Assembly: GCA_015680685.1 (NCBI GenBank)
Contig: MNCI01002086.1
Location: forward strand, 190,781 to 254,780
Source of the DNA: Gnetum montanum
Taxonomy: Eukaryota; Plantae; Gnetophyta
Length of the DNA stretch: 64,000 nt
Direction: 5' to 3'
The number at the start of each line of letters is the position of its first letter. Within the stretch, counting starts at the first letter, position 1. The notes below the pieces were generated by a model. It was given only the letters and a program-made list of their open reading frames with translations. It did not search any database and was not told the DNA's origin. Positions 13,700 to 26,554 of this stretch are shown here, piece by piece. Both the position numbers and the translations under genes were made by a program.

Positions 13700-13935
13700 T
13701 GATCAAAATAATGAATGCCACCGATTCTGACTATTCAACTTCCAATAATGATGAATTGATGAATTTTTGAAAGATTGATAAATTGATGATGAAATAGAGA
13801 AATTAGTGCTGAAATTACATTAATGATTCCTTGGTGATAATTTTCAAGAGATGTCTTAGATATATATACGTGATAAGAGGGGCAAATTTTACTAAAGATT
13901 ACATATATATGGACTAGGGCCAAAATAACATTACA
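13700..13935 (-). repeat. Probable 3' LTR of the minus-strand copia
   Basis: Minus-strand PPT GATTGAGGGGTAGT (13936-13949) is followed by TGTAA...; candidate CA end at 13700; partner LTR not found. Confidence 0.5.
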
Positions 13936-13949
13936 ACTACCCCTCAATC

Positions 13950-14650
13950 TAAACATTTCCTATACTTTATTGAAATAGACTACTATAAAATAATAAATTA
14001 TTTTTTCTACTCTACAAAAAAATAATCCTTCCTTAGAGTGGAATGTAATCTTCATTCTTTATCTTCACTTTCTTCTTTCTTTATGATGCTCTGAATTTCT
14101 ACATATTCATTAAGGTACTTAATCCTATGAGATAAAAGGTTTTTTAAGTAAGTTAACAAGTTGCTCTTTTGAATAAATGTGAATGGATTTGATGGTTCCT
14201 TCTTTCACTTCTTGCTTGATGATTTCAAATCTGGCGTGTGTTGCAAAGATTTCTTCATAGTCAATGTGTTTCTTTTGTTTGAATCCTCTTGCCTCAAGTC
14301 TTGGCTTATGTATGGTGAATTCTCCTTTCTCATTGTATTTTGTTTTATATGTCCACTTACAATCAATAACCTTATTATATTTTGGTTTATCCACTAATTC
14401 CCATGTGTTATGTCTTAGGATGACATTGTACTCTTTGTTCATGGCTTCTTTCAAGACTTTTAATTTCATGCTTCATTGACATTGGTTGGTTCTCTTGAGA
14501 CTGTTGAATATGCCATATTTGTAATATTGTGAGATCTTGTAGTTCTTATTTTAAAGTTTTTGTCTAGCATTTGAGCCTGAGGATGGTGTCTTTAAACCCA
14601 AGGTTTTGAACTGTAACGTGTTTAATTTCTTTTGCTCTTTAAAAAAATCA
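13950..14650 (-). pseudogene. Copia RT N-terminus fused to RNase H C-terminus (3' part of the minus-strand copia)
   Basis: ORF 14125-14469: EAMNKEY...NTWELV...CKWTYKTK...RLEARGFKQ...DYEEIFA joined directly to KQEVKEGTI...KEQLVNLLKKP. Confidence 0.9.
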
Positions 14651-15047
14651 TGAAACACCACCAACATTGCATGTTGTAGCCTTTGTTATCTCCATCCCAT
14701 GAAACCCAAGGCTAAATTTCATTGTAAATGTGAAGATTGCAACCCATGAGGTGCAATCTCACATACTTTATACTTTTGGGTCTAAAAAATGCCTCATAAG
14801 TGATCAAAGCCTCAACTCCCAAGTGAAAGAAGTCATATAATGTCTATATTTGGGCTTTGAAAAAGGGAGGGGGGAGGGGGGGTGGTTGCTGAATGAAAAA
14901 ATTGGCATTTTGATGGCTTTTATGGGGGGTGTAACATTTTCCACGTTGGAGATGCCCATCTAGGGGTATAACTCATGTTTTGGGGCTATAACTTAGCTAG
15001 CCCCACCATTGCAGGGTAAGACATCAACTATGCCCCAACATAGATGC

Positions 15048-15081
<34 letters not shown>

Positions 15082-16045
15082 NNNNNNNNNNNNNNNNNNN
15101 NNNNNNNNNNNNNNNNNNAGGCCATTCCCCCAATGTGGGTGCCATCCCTCCAACATGGATGCCATTCCCCCAACATGGATGCCATCCGTTCCCTTAACAT
15201 GGGTGTTGTACCCTTGTTACTTTTTTTAGTAAATGAAATAACTTTGAGGCTATGGGGATATAACACTTACCATACATAGTAACCTAGTTGAATTTGGACA
15301 CCTACAACACCTTCACATAACATTAATTTGTTAGCAATCAGCACAAGAGTTTCTAGCAAAATTATGGCCATAAAACTTATATAACCCATGCTTGTGCACC
15401 ATGAAAGGGTTTTACTCCTTGGGCATTCAATAGCTTTGAAAATTCATTACAATCACAAAGCTTTAGGAAGAAAATTTTAGAATGGAACCCATAACCATTG
15501 TAGGCAATTTTACCCCCCTAAGATTGTGTGTGGTCTTGTATCAACGTTGAGTAGCTTGGGCACTATGACTCCTAGTGTTGTTCTTCTTGGTAGCCCAAAA
15601 CCCACATGCATCTCATCCTCCTACAGCACTAATGTTGTAGATTTGGTGAAATTCATAGTAAGGTTTCACATTTTTGGAAGTTTTGAAGCATCTAGATTGT
15701 GGAGCTGTGGATTCCAAGCACCCATTAAAGTGAACCCCTTTGCTACCTCGGGCACATCTTATACACATTTCTTGAATTCATTCTTTATTTTTATAATAAA
15801 GTTTAAAGTTTAGTTTTGTTGTTCAATTTGAATTTTTTTCCATATTTCTTTGCATTTATTTTCTTATATTTGCAATGTATTTTGATATTTTCTACTCCTA
15901 TTTATAGTTTCCAAGTTCCTAGGTGATTTTCTAGACTGTCCAAGGTACCTTGGATCCTATTTTTCAGAGGTCCTTGGGATCCAAGGTTAAAACTATTTTG
16001 TTGAAATTTTTGGTCTTCCAGCAACCAAATTTTTTAGTTGTTACA
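14651..16045 (+). repeat. 5' LTR of element C (contains a (CT)n tract and an assembly gap at 15082-15118)
   Basis: Direct repeat of 26555-27865; the ORF-track peptides 15526-15813 and 27345-27632 are homologous. Confidence 0.92.
15030..15205 (+). repeat. ~21-bp tandem repeat (CCCCYARCATGGATGCCATY) plus (CT)n microsatellite
   Basis: The same unit recurs at 16470-16570 and 26960-27040. Confidence 0.8.
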
Positions 16046-17039
16046 ATCACTTGCATTGAACTTTGTCTCATCAAATACAACATCTTTTGAAACATGCAAT
16101 TTCTGATTCACTTGTATTGAACTTTGTCTCATTCAAATATAACATTTTAGTTGTTATTGTTTTCTAGTGCTAGAAGAAGAGCCTCCACCCCAAGTTCTTT
16201 ACCTTATTCAATCTAACATTTTCTACCACCAAGCCCCCAATGTGGGTGTTTGGGCTTTGAGAAAATTCATAGTAGTTTCTAGGAATTCTCTATCAAGGCG
16301 AATGTTAACATCCTACCAAAATGAAAATAAAACCTTTGGAAAACAAACCAAATTTTTACTTTAACTTTTAGCAAAAAACTTAAAAATTTCCGAAGGGTAA
16401 CCCTCTAATGCTATGTAGGAGGGTGTAAAATTTTTAATCTTACCCCCCTTATTTTCCTCTCTCCACCTTCAGCATGGGTGATCTACTTCCTATTGTGGGT
16501 ATTACCCCTAGCATGGATGTTACATCCCCTAGCATACATGTGTATCATACCCCCCTTAGCTAGGGTGTCATACCCTCCTAAACCACTCAAACCCCTTGCT
16601 GTAAATTTTTTCTAGCACGGTCAATGTTGCCAATTCCCTAAAAACCTCACCTTTGGAAAAATCAAAGTTTCCACTTTGGTTTTTTAGCTAAAACAAAACC
16701 TACCATAAGTAAATGCCCCTACACCAATGTTGTGAAGCAAAAGTTAAGATTTTATATCTTACCCTCTTTGTTTCCCTTTTCTTTCTCCTAGCATTGGTGT
16801 GGTTGGCTAGTCAAGCATGGTTGGGGTTTGATACCAACCTTTTTCCATTTTGGATAAAGGGGTATATTCCCCTTGACCTCTCACTTAGTATTTATAGACA
16901 AAAAACCATTTCAACCATTTTTTTACCCCTTTTAGCATTTTTAGAATTTCACTTACTAGAATTTATTTTTCTTCTACTAATTTAGCTTTCATCAAGTCAT
17001 TTTTCAACACCTTTCATGATGTCTTTCAATTGATCAACC

Positions 17040-19110
17040 GTACTACTTCTTAACCTAACAAATATGGCATCTAGCCAAGATGTAGTTTGTATTTATGACC
17101 TAAAACACCCTATAGTCGTATAACGAAGGTAATTGCTTAGGAAAAGAGGTAAAAACCTAGATTTCATGATTATTAATGAGGAGTTCTACAACCTCCTCTA
17201 TGCCAAGATACATGTTGGTTTATTGATATCATGCTTTGAATTTGATGCTAAGCATCAATTCAAAATCATATGTCAAGATGGGAAAGAATACATCCCATCC
17301 CCTTATGATCAAATTTTCCTCACAGAATTTTATGAAAAAATACTCATAAAACTCATAGAGGTTGACAAATTTAGTGAGGGAAGTAGCTTAGAGGATTGGC
17401 AAGAGGAGGAAGATTTGTTTGAAGCCAAATAGGAGCTAGACACCTTCATTGGAATTCTTTTCCAATCTTCAGCTCTCCAAACAACAACATCCAACTCCAC
17501 ATCTTTTGCCTCATCAATAGGACAAGTCCATTGATCCAACTCTTCTCATATCCATTCTATCATGTTTGGGTCCACATGCATCATCACCACACACCAAACG
17601 CAACTTGTGCACCAATCCACCTTCTTATTTTCATTAGTTTCCTTTCCCACATAACTTCACTATGTTCACCCAGACCTAGTGATGTTTACCTCACCATCTC
17701 CCTTTGACATACCAATGGGACCCTTATTGGGACCCCAAGCAACACAAGCCTCTCATACCTCGTTTATCCCTTTTGTGTCTTAAGTTCTGGCATAAACATC
17801 TTTCTCCTTGTTTAGCCAAGCTATGACCACCATAACCTAGCCTCTCCCTTTGATATTGTAATTCATCACAAGGCCACAAGACTCTCAACTCCTTGCTCAA
17901 CCATCAATACAAGAACCACAACCTATTGGGATGCCTCAAGGCTTGGATCAAGCCTTCCAAATGATCTAAGACCTTACCAAAGAGTTGTGAAAGCTCAAGG
18001 CCAACACAACTCAGATGGTCAAGATTCTAGATTTCTACCAAGATGATCCTATATGCCTTATGATGCCTCAAATAATCTTGCACGCAAGTTTTCCTATTCA
18101 AATCCTCACTAAATACAATGGTGAAGGGGATCCCAATGGGTCTAAGTGCCTCTTCTTGCAAGCTTGGCCTCATACAATATTGAGGATTTCCCCCATGTCC
18201 CTTAAGAAAAAGGCTCTAGATTGGTATTGAACCTTTCCTAAAGGTTCCATCTCTTCCCTTAAGGACTTGAGTAACCAATTTTTCAACCACTTTAGATACA
18301 ACTTAAAGCTAGATGCCACATTGGATCAATTGATGAAGGTGAGGTATAGGTCACTTGAACTAATTAAAATGTTCATTCAAAGGTGGAACTCAACACTTAA
18401 TGAGATTCTAGAGCCTATTGCTAAAAATCACCTCTTGGCCATCTACAAGGGAGCATTAAATGACTTTATCAAGTCGATGTTGTACTACCTAGAGCCTCAG
18501 TCACTTAGCCAAGCCTTCTCATAAACTAAGAACATTAAGGAGGTAGGTAAGGCTAGCAAAGACCCAGCCTACATGGCCTATAAAAACCAACATGCAAGGA
18601 TGAATAGGGATAAGAATTGGCAAGAACACACAATTATGGATGCAACAACAAGGGAGTGAAAGCAAGGGGAAAGGAAAGGATCACCATCACATAACACATC
18701 TTAAGACTCATCACAACCATCCACTTCCTATGCCCCAAATCAACCAAGGCTAAACTTTGGATGAAAGGATAGGTCCAAGTACGCAATGTTGCCTTTAAAA
18801 CTCTCTAAGCTTCTAGAACAATTGCTTAAAGAAGGCCATATAAAACATAAGCAACTATTCAAATAGGCTCATAAAAGGCATGATCGTCATTGTGACATAG
18901 CTAGAGAACCAACGATGGTTACCAAAGATGATCCCAAGCTACCAAAGTACTTTAAACTAGATAGGTATTTCCATTATCATCAAATGGCTAGTCATGACAT
19001 TGAAATTTTCTTAACATTAAAGGATGACCTACAGAAGATGATAAATCATGAAGAGTTGATGTTGAATGAGCCATACTCTTCAAAAACCCACAAAACTCCT
19101 ATATTGTAGC
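17040..19110 (+). pseudogene. Element C gag region (N-terminal domain, P/Q/T-rich linker, capsid)
   Basis: KYNGEGDP...PMSLKKKALDWY...QFFNHFRYNLKLDATLDQLM...FIQRWN; decayed YFHYHQMASHDIEIFLTLK (Tat/Ogre-type C-x2-H-x4-H-x4-C position). Confidence 0.85.
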
Positions 19111-19914
19111 CTCATTCACAGAAACCAAATAGTCTAATCCTCCTAGGAAACCATTTATCATTAAGGTACCATTGTAGCCATTGAACACAAAGCCAAGAGA
19201 GCCCTTCATCATATGGGTACCACCTCCTCTAGCCCCTAAGGAGCCTTTCATCATATGTGCCCCCTCTTTAGTGGCTTCAACATCAAAACATAATTAGTGA
19301 GCTACTAATCCTCAAAAGCCCAAGGAACCATTTGTTATATGAGTTTCTTCATCTTCAACAAGTAAGCCTATAATAATCCATGACCAAAGCCCATCTATAG
19401 TGGTCCACAACTTAGAGGTTATTAAGAAACCATAATGACAATGGTGATGAAAACAACTAATCACCAAACCAACAAATAATCCCACTGAAGGTAACAGTAA
19501 CCCACCTAGATCCACTCTGAGACTAACTATACTAATGGACAAGGAGCCCAAGGCACATGCATCAAAACCTAGTCCACAAGTTATAGGAAGGATGCAAGAT
19601 GTTAGAACCACTAAGGTAGAAACATTACAAGCCAAGGGAAAGAGTTTTCTTATGACAATGGAACAAGCCAAGTAGTTTCTTAAGCAAAATAACACCTCAC
19701 CAAACTTGTATGACTTGGTCATGACTTCTCCAGCTCATAGACATTCGCTAGCTTAGGTGTTAACCTCTATCAATGTGAGCAGAGACATGCCAGCCAACAA
19801 AGAATTAATTCACTCTATCATTGAGAAAGCATCACTTAGGAAAAATGGACATTAATCCATGCTCAACTTTCGTGATAGCAAAGTGAAAATTAAGTCTTGA
19901 AATGTAGAAGTGCT

Positions 19915-20300
19915 ATTTGCTCCTCTTCTTATTACTATACATGTTGGAAGATACAAGGTTCACTATGTTCATGTGGATCATGGGGTAGCCATGAATGTGA
20001 TACCATATTTTGTTATTGAAAAGTTATATTTAATTGAGAATATCCAAGTGATCACTACCTCACACTTAAGTTATTTAATGGATCACTAGTAGTAGTGCAA
20101 GGTTCCATCTCCTTGGATTCTATAGCCAATGAATAGTTCCTTACATCCACCTTCCTAGTAGTTGAAGAGACACCTAGGTTTAACTTGATCCTAGGGAGAC
20201 CATGGTTAGCAAAGATTTAGGTAGATTCATCTCCTATACATTAGGAGATTCACTTGCCATACAAAGGTGGAAAAATTATGATCTATGGGGATAATGTGTT
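19915..20300 (+). pseudogene. Element C aspartic protease
   Basis: VHVDHGVAMNVIPY...FNLILGRPWL...IHLPYKGGKIMIYGDN; homologous to ORF 45113-45514. Confidence 0.8.
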
Positions 20301-23300
20301 GCTACCCTTAGTTAACTATGTAAACATTGATGGAGGTTCAGAGGTGTTGATTCAAAAGAAAACTCTCGACACTCAAACTAGGGCCAACAAAAATTAGAGC
20401 AATAATGATGCAAGTAATGTCGACTTTCCAACATGAGACAATCAACAAAAATTCCTACAACTGACCATGCCACATGAGAGAAATAGTGACAATAGAATAA
20501 TACCACAAAGATTCTTTAATCTTTCAAAGATCAAAAAACAAGTTCATGATAAACATCTTATTCATTCTTTTTCCAATCATTTATTTACCTTTACAACATT
20601 ATATCATGTTTCACTATTGGCTCTAACCTTATGTGCTCTTTTGAGAGCATCCCATACTTGCTAGGCAAGTATGCACCTTGGTTTGCTAAGGCCTAAAATT
20701 GGCATTATGACCCACTAAGGCCTAAAATTGACAATGAAGGCCTAAAACTAGTGAGCATAACAAACTATTATTTTCATCCCTATATCATCATTGTAGCTAA
20801 TGTACTTGATATCATCACATGCGAGTTTTCTTATATGCATATCTCTTGGTTCACAATTATCATTATAACACATTTTATCTACTAATTTTAGTTTCTAGCT
20901 TTATTACATTTACCATATGTGTTTATATGAAACATATAAAACATAAAAACCTAGAACTAACATAAGCTATAGTCAAACTGTGAAAATAATCAAAAAATGC
21001 TAAAATGTCCATATGTCTATGACCATAGTTGCTCTATGCAACATACAACAACTAGAATATTACATAATCATCAACAAATTCAAGTAGACAAAAACTAAGT
21101 CATGGGAGAAAGAGGGGCCTCATCAAGTACATCATCATCGATTGCATCAATGTCATCACATGAGGCCTACAAACAACAACAAACTAGATAAAATGAGTAA
21201 ACATTAGTGACCATTATAGTTATAGAACATGACCATTAAAACCATTGAAAAATCACATAGAAATAATTAGATAATGAGCATAGAAGGTAAAACTATAATT
21301 ATTATTTCATGTGTTTTTTCTATGTAATGTCATAAAACTAAGGCTCATAAACACAACAACTTTCTACAAACAAAGAAATGGAGTTTCTAGAGCAATAACA
21401 ACAAAAACATCTCCCATAATTGGAGCAACAACATTAGCATCAGTAGTAGCAACCTCAACCCCAACTTTAGCCTCTTTGATAATCACAACTTTCCTTAGTA
21501 TCTAATCCACTTCAACTTTGTGTATCTCATTTTGACTTTTTGAGGTTGATTGAGAGTTTGGTAGGAACTGTGGAAAACAATGTTAGAGATCAAAATTTTG
21601 AATTAATGGTAAATGAATTGGTGGCTTAGTTTAAGAAATGTTAGCAAATCCTCAATTCCCTAGTAGGGCCTAGTGAGACAATGAAGCAAATAGCTTTTTG
21701 CTACATCTATTGAAATTGAGCTTTATGATATAATTTAGAGTGCTAATGGCTAGAAGCAAAAGCTTGAGGATAATGAAAAGTAGCTTAACCATTAGAGAGA
21801 GTTGATGGAAAAATACAAAGATATGGTTCAAAGCTACATTCAATTCTCCTGAAAGATTTTATTTAAGCTAGATATTTATAAGTTATCCTACAATCTTAGA
21901 TCCTTCCATGATAATTTAGGGCTTGAATATTATTAATGATTAATGAAATTTCAAACTAAGTATGGCTTAGCAGCATATATATAATTAAAAAAAATTTGAA
22001 GCCACATGGCTTGTAGGCCACATAGTAGGTCTATGAAGGGCTACACAACCCCCCTAGTAAGGGCAACTCTACCCTACGTCATTGCTAGCATTGCCCTTTA
22101 TTGTGTGCCACCTCATTGCCCTTTGCATGCCTCATGCTCTAGTGTGCTTGGCCACCTATCGCTTCATTCTTGAGCACCTACCATAAAACTTAGGCATTGC
22201 CTTTGGTCATGCTAACTACCCCCCCCTTTTCCATCATCACGTGCATTGCTAGTTGTGCTGCATTGCGTGTCCTGCAAAACACCTATTACATCATGTTGTG
22301 GGCTCTATCCCTTGTTGTGCTCATAGGCTTACCTATAGTGCATCCTTTGCCCCTACTTCTATCCTCTTTTCCTACTGCCAGCTGCATCACCACTCTCCAT
22401 GCTTACCGTTTGTGTTGTAGCTATTTCCTTTTGTTGTTGCACCTTTGTAGATCAAACCTAGATCTTTATATCTACATGATATGCCATCTTTTCCCTTTTT
22501 TGACTACATCACCTCTGCTATGCCTAGATTTGGTGTTACCCACTACTACCACACCTAGATCTAGAATCACTATCAACAACCTATAGGAATACCTACACAC
22601 AATAAAAAGATAAAAATAATACCTACCCTACCACAATGGAACAACATTACCTAGCATGGCTTAGGGAAGGTATAACGTTATCCCCATTCATCCACATTTG
22701 TCAATGTGGATCCAACATGAATGCCATGATCCTATGCCATGTCTCAAGACTCTTGCCCACCTACAAGTCTACATCACATCTATCTTTGCCTTCATTGGCA
22801 CCTACACCTGCATAGGGTTGCTACCACAACAAACATAGATACTATTGTTATCATCGTTACCACCAACATAAATGCTATGATTACCTTGTGGCTCATTATG
22901 TGTGAATAGTCTTGGGTGTTCTATTATTGCCGATGGTGGTAGTGGTGATGAGGCGCTAGAGTGGAAGTAGGAGTAGTACCTTTTCCTTCTTCTCATTCTC
23001 CATGGAGAGGGCATGGGATCTATAGCAACTTTTTTTAGAGGTCATAATTGATGAAGGTGACAACACCAAAATTTTGGAACCCCCAGCTAGAATTTGCTCC
23101 TTCTTCATCAATTCTAAAAATTGATCCTTCTCCATCCACACTAGGGTCACACTTCCCATTGTAGCTCTAATGTGGATAAGACATAAAGACCATACCTCTT
23201 CATCCACACTGGGGCAATGTTGCCTAGTGTGGTTGGGGAGCATATGACCTTACTGTTGCCTTGATGCCCACATCCTAGCTACCACTAAAACCCTCACCAC

Positions 23301-25549
23301 TCATTTCACATCCTTCATTTGCTATGTTGCTACTGCCATCCCTTCTATGTCATCACTGCTAAATGATACCCTTAATGTGCCCACACACATGCTTCCAATT
23401 CGTTGCCTGAATAAAGAAGCTAATGCTACACTACTGTTCTTCCTCCTTCATCCATGATGGGGACACACTGTCCAATATGGCTCCAGTGTAGATAAATCCT
23501 AAAATCCCTTGTACCCCCTCACCTACATTGGGGAAACATTACGCAATGTCATTGGGGAGGGGTATATCCATATGTTTCGATGCTTACCCCATCTACATCA
23601 TGCTTGCCTTACTCAATGAAACCCTTGCTCCTAAGCTACCACAACCTTGGGTGGAGGTATGATCCTACCAAGGCCACGCTACCCTACGTAAGGCCATCAA
23701 TGCTTCTCATGGCTGCATGGATCTATGTCCCTACAATGTCTCTAGATGAAATCCTACCCTCCATGCTATCCTTAACTTAGGACTACTGCTCTTCATCATA
23801 CCTAGCCTTCAGTCACCACAAAAATCTCCACAACCACCTACATGGTAACCTCTTACCTTTGTTATAGGTGACTGTGTAGGGAAGCATGATCCTTAATAGG
23901 ACAACATGGCTTGTTGCAAGGCTACGAAAGCCCTTGCAAGGCCTTGAGGGTTGTGCAATTATGCTTTCTTTCTTTCTTAGTTTTAATGGTAGGTGCTAAC
24001 AAGCAAAGGCAAGGTATGGGGGGCATGCAATTGGTACTAAGTGCTGGCATGGGCCTACCTATGACTGTCAATGCAACGGCCACCCAAACATGCAACTGCA
24101 TGTTAGGGCTCTTACTTCTACATAGAATCACAATGACCACAACAATGAATGCCAACTTCCAAATGATGTCCAAAACCACCACAGGGCACAAATAGGATAA
24201 ATGACTTTGTTGCACTCCCCCCAGAGGGCCACACTAGCGAGTGTGGCCCAGGGGGTGGGGGGTATACCCATGAAAATCAAAGTAATAACACAAATTGAAA
24301 ATAATACACACACACACAAAATATTTATTATTATTATTATTGCTAATAATATTATATTAAATTTAATACATAGTCTACCATGTTTTATTTTATTTTTTAC
24401 TCAATTTTATATTGCCTTTAACTTTATTTTACTAAATTTTACCTTGCCATCATCACGTTACAACTAAAATTTACCTTGTTTTACCAAGTCTCACATTGTA
24501 TTTTCCTTATAATGATCTTGCTAGTGAAATAGGCCCTACCATGACCCACCAAGGTCTTAAATTGGCAACCCCATGGCCTTCTAAGGCCTAAAATTGGCAA
24601 AAATATAACCTATATTGACCTTGTTTTACAACATGTATTCCAATTTTCTTAATTTAGCCTAGTTTCATGGTTTTTTGACCTACTTTGACATTGTAATTAT
24701 ATTGATAACCCCATTTAGCTTCTACATCACTTCATTTTCATCACATTTTTCTTTATTCTCTATTATGGCCTTTATTGACCTTTTTTTTAGCCTCCGATTA
24801 GATTTAAGTGATGGGGTTTGATTGTCTTTGACCATCATTCTATACCATGTAGCCATGGCCCACTAAGGCCTAAAACTAGCAAAAGCATAATAATGTTTAA
24901 CCATGTTTGACCTTGCATTACCTTGCATTGCCTTATAGCCTTTGTTGACATTACTTGGATATTTATATAACCTTTGTTTCAACATTTTGTCTCTTTTATG
25001 CATTATTAACATAGTATTTTTCATTATTATTAGCATTATTTTATTGGTTTTCTCAATTTTTATCATTTTGTTACACATGTGTGACTTGATGGGCTTATGT
25101 TGTCATGTAGGAATGAACTAGGAGGATGAGGAAGCAAATTTGACTAGCCTTAAAGGCTAAATAAACCTCTCTTATGATGTTAACCAAGTTGACCTTAAAT
25201 ATCCAAATCTTGAGCCTTAAAACCATTGCACTATACAACCATAACATCTTGAAGTAGCCTAACCACCATTAACCTTGAAGCCAAAAACATCACAGAGGGT
25301 CCCTTAGCTAAAATCCCAACATAAATAATGATGGTGAGGAGAGAATTCATAGAACCAAGTTCTTCACCAAAACCTAAACCTACTTAAAACCACATCAAAT
25401 CCTTGCTAGCACAACATTAAATCCATCACATAACCCTAATTATGTTCAACACTTACATGTTTACTTGCAATGTTGTTTATCATTGCTGATAGGTTGCAAA
25501 AAATGACTAATGTTAACAACTGCGATGATCTATAATAAGTGAGCCTGCA

Positions 25550-25551
25550 TG

Positions 25552-25580
<29 letters not shown>
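25550..25580. repeat. (CT)n microsatellite
   Basis: Read directly from the sequence. Confidence 0.95.
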
Positions 25581-25582
<2 letters not shown>

Positions 25583-26554
25583 TGTTTCACATAGTGAACA
25601 AGTTGCAAAACTTTGTAATTCTGATGCACATCATGCAGATTTCCCTATGCTATAACAATGGTGACATGTTGTGGCTTGGTTTGTTAGATGTATCATGTAG
25701 CCTTATGCATCATATTGTAAAAACATACTTTTTGCATGGTTTTTTGGTCCTTTTGAAGTTATTCTTATAGCATGTAGCCTGGAGTCATCGTGAAGATGCA
25801 AGTCATCATGGCAGTAAGTCACCACATGACCTCAAAATGCAAGATTCAGTGAGTTTGTCTTGTTGTGTCAAGAGTTCTTGTTTCACATCATTTCCATTAC
25901 CATATCTTTGAACTAAACCCCATAGCCTAAATATAACCTTCTGCATCCTAAGTAACAATGATGACTTATGTTTGACATTCAGGCATTGTGACATTCCATT
26001 ACATGCAACACATCTCAATCAATGGGAAAACCAAATCAAACTAGCCTTGGTAAAGAAACCCAATGAAGTTTTCATCTCATAAAACAAAAAAAAAAAGAAA
26101 AAGAAAAAACAAATGGGGATGAAAAATTACCAAGAATTTGGATGCCTAACAAACACTAAGAAACAAACCAATGGCTCCAAACATCTAAAGAAAGGAGCCT
26201 AATGGCCAGAGAGAATGTGGAGAGTGGTGTTGGTTACTTAAATGTATTTTTCAAGTGAACCATACTTCAAAACATGAGGTTCCAAGTGCAGTTGCTTCAC
26301 CTTCATGGCCACACTATAGCCATGATGTCAATACTTGGAAAGCATTGTTAGCCTTTGTAACCATTTTCCTATAACCTTGCTACCATTTCATCATCATAGT
26401 TGTACTCCATCATCATTAGCACTCTTTATCATGATTCGACATGACTAAATCAAGCACAAAGAGGGAACATTGATGGTGAACTTGCGATGGTATTTTGTAT
26501 TCTTTGTTGGTGCCTATCAGGTCAATCCTCTAGACATCAACAAAGAGAGGCCAA

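Noticed and set aside
15526-15813. Duplicated small gene (with 27345-27632)
   Set aside because: Both ORFs lie within the two LTRs of C; no independent coding evidence.
22197-24467. Plus-strand hydrophobic ORFs as membrane proteins
   Set aside because: Likely shadows of minus-strand coding-like or AT-rich sequence.
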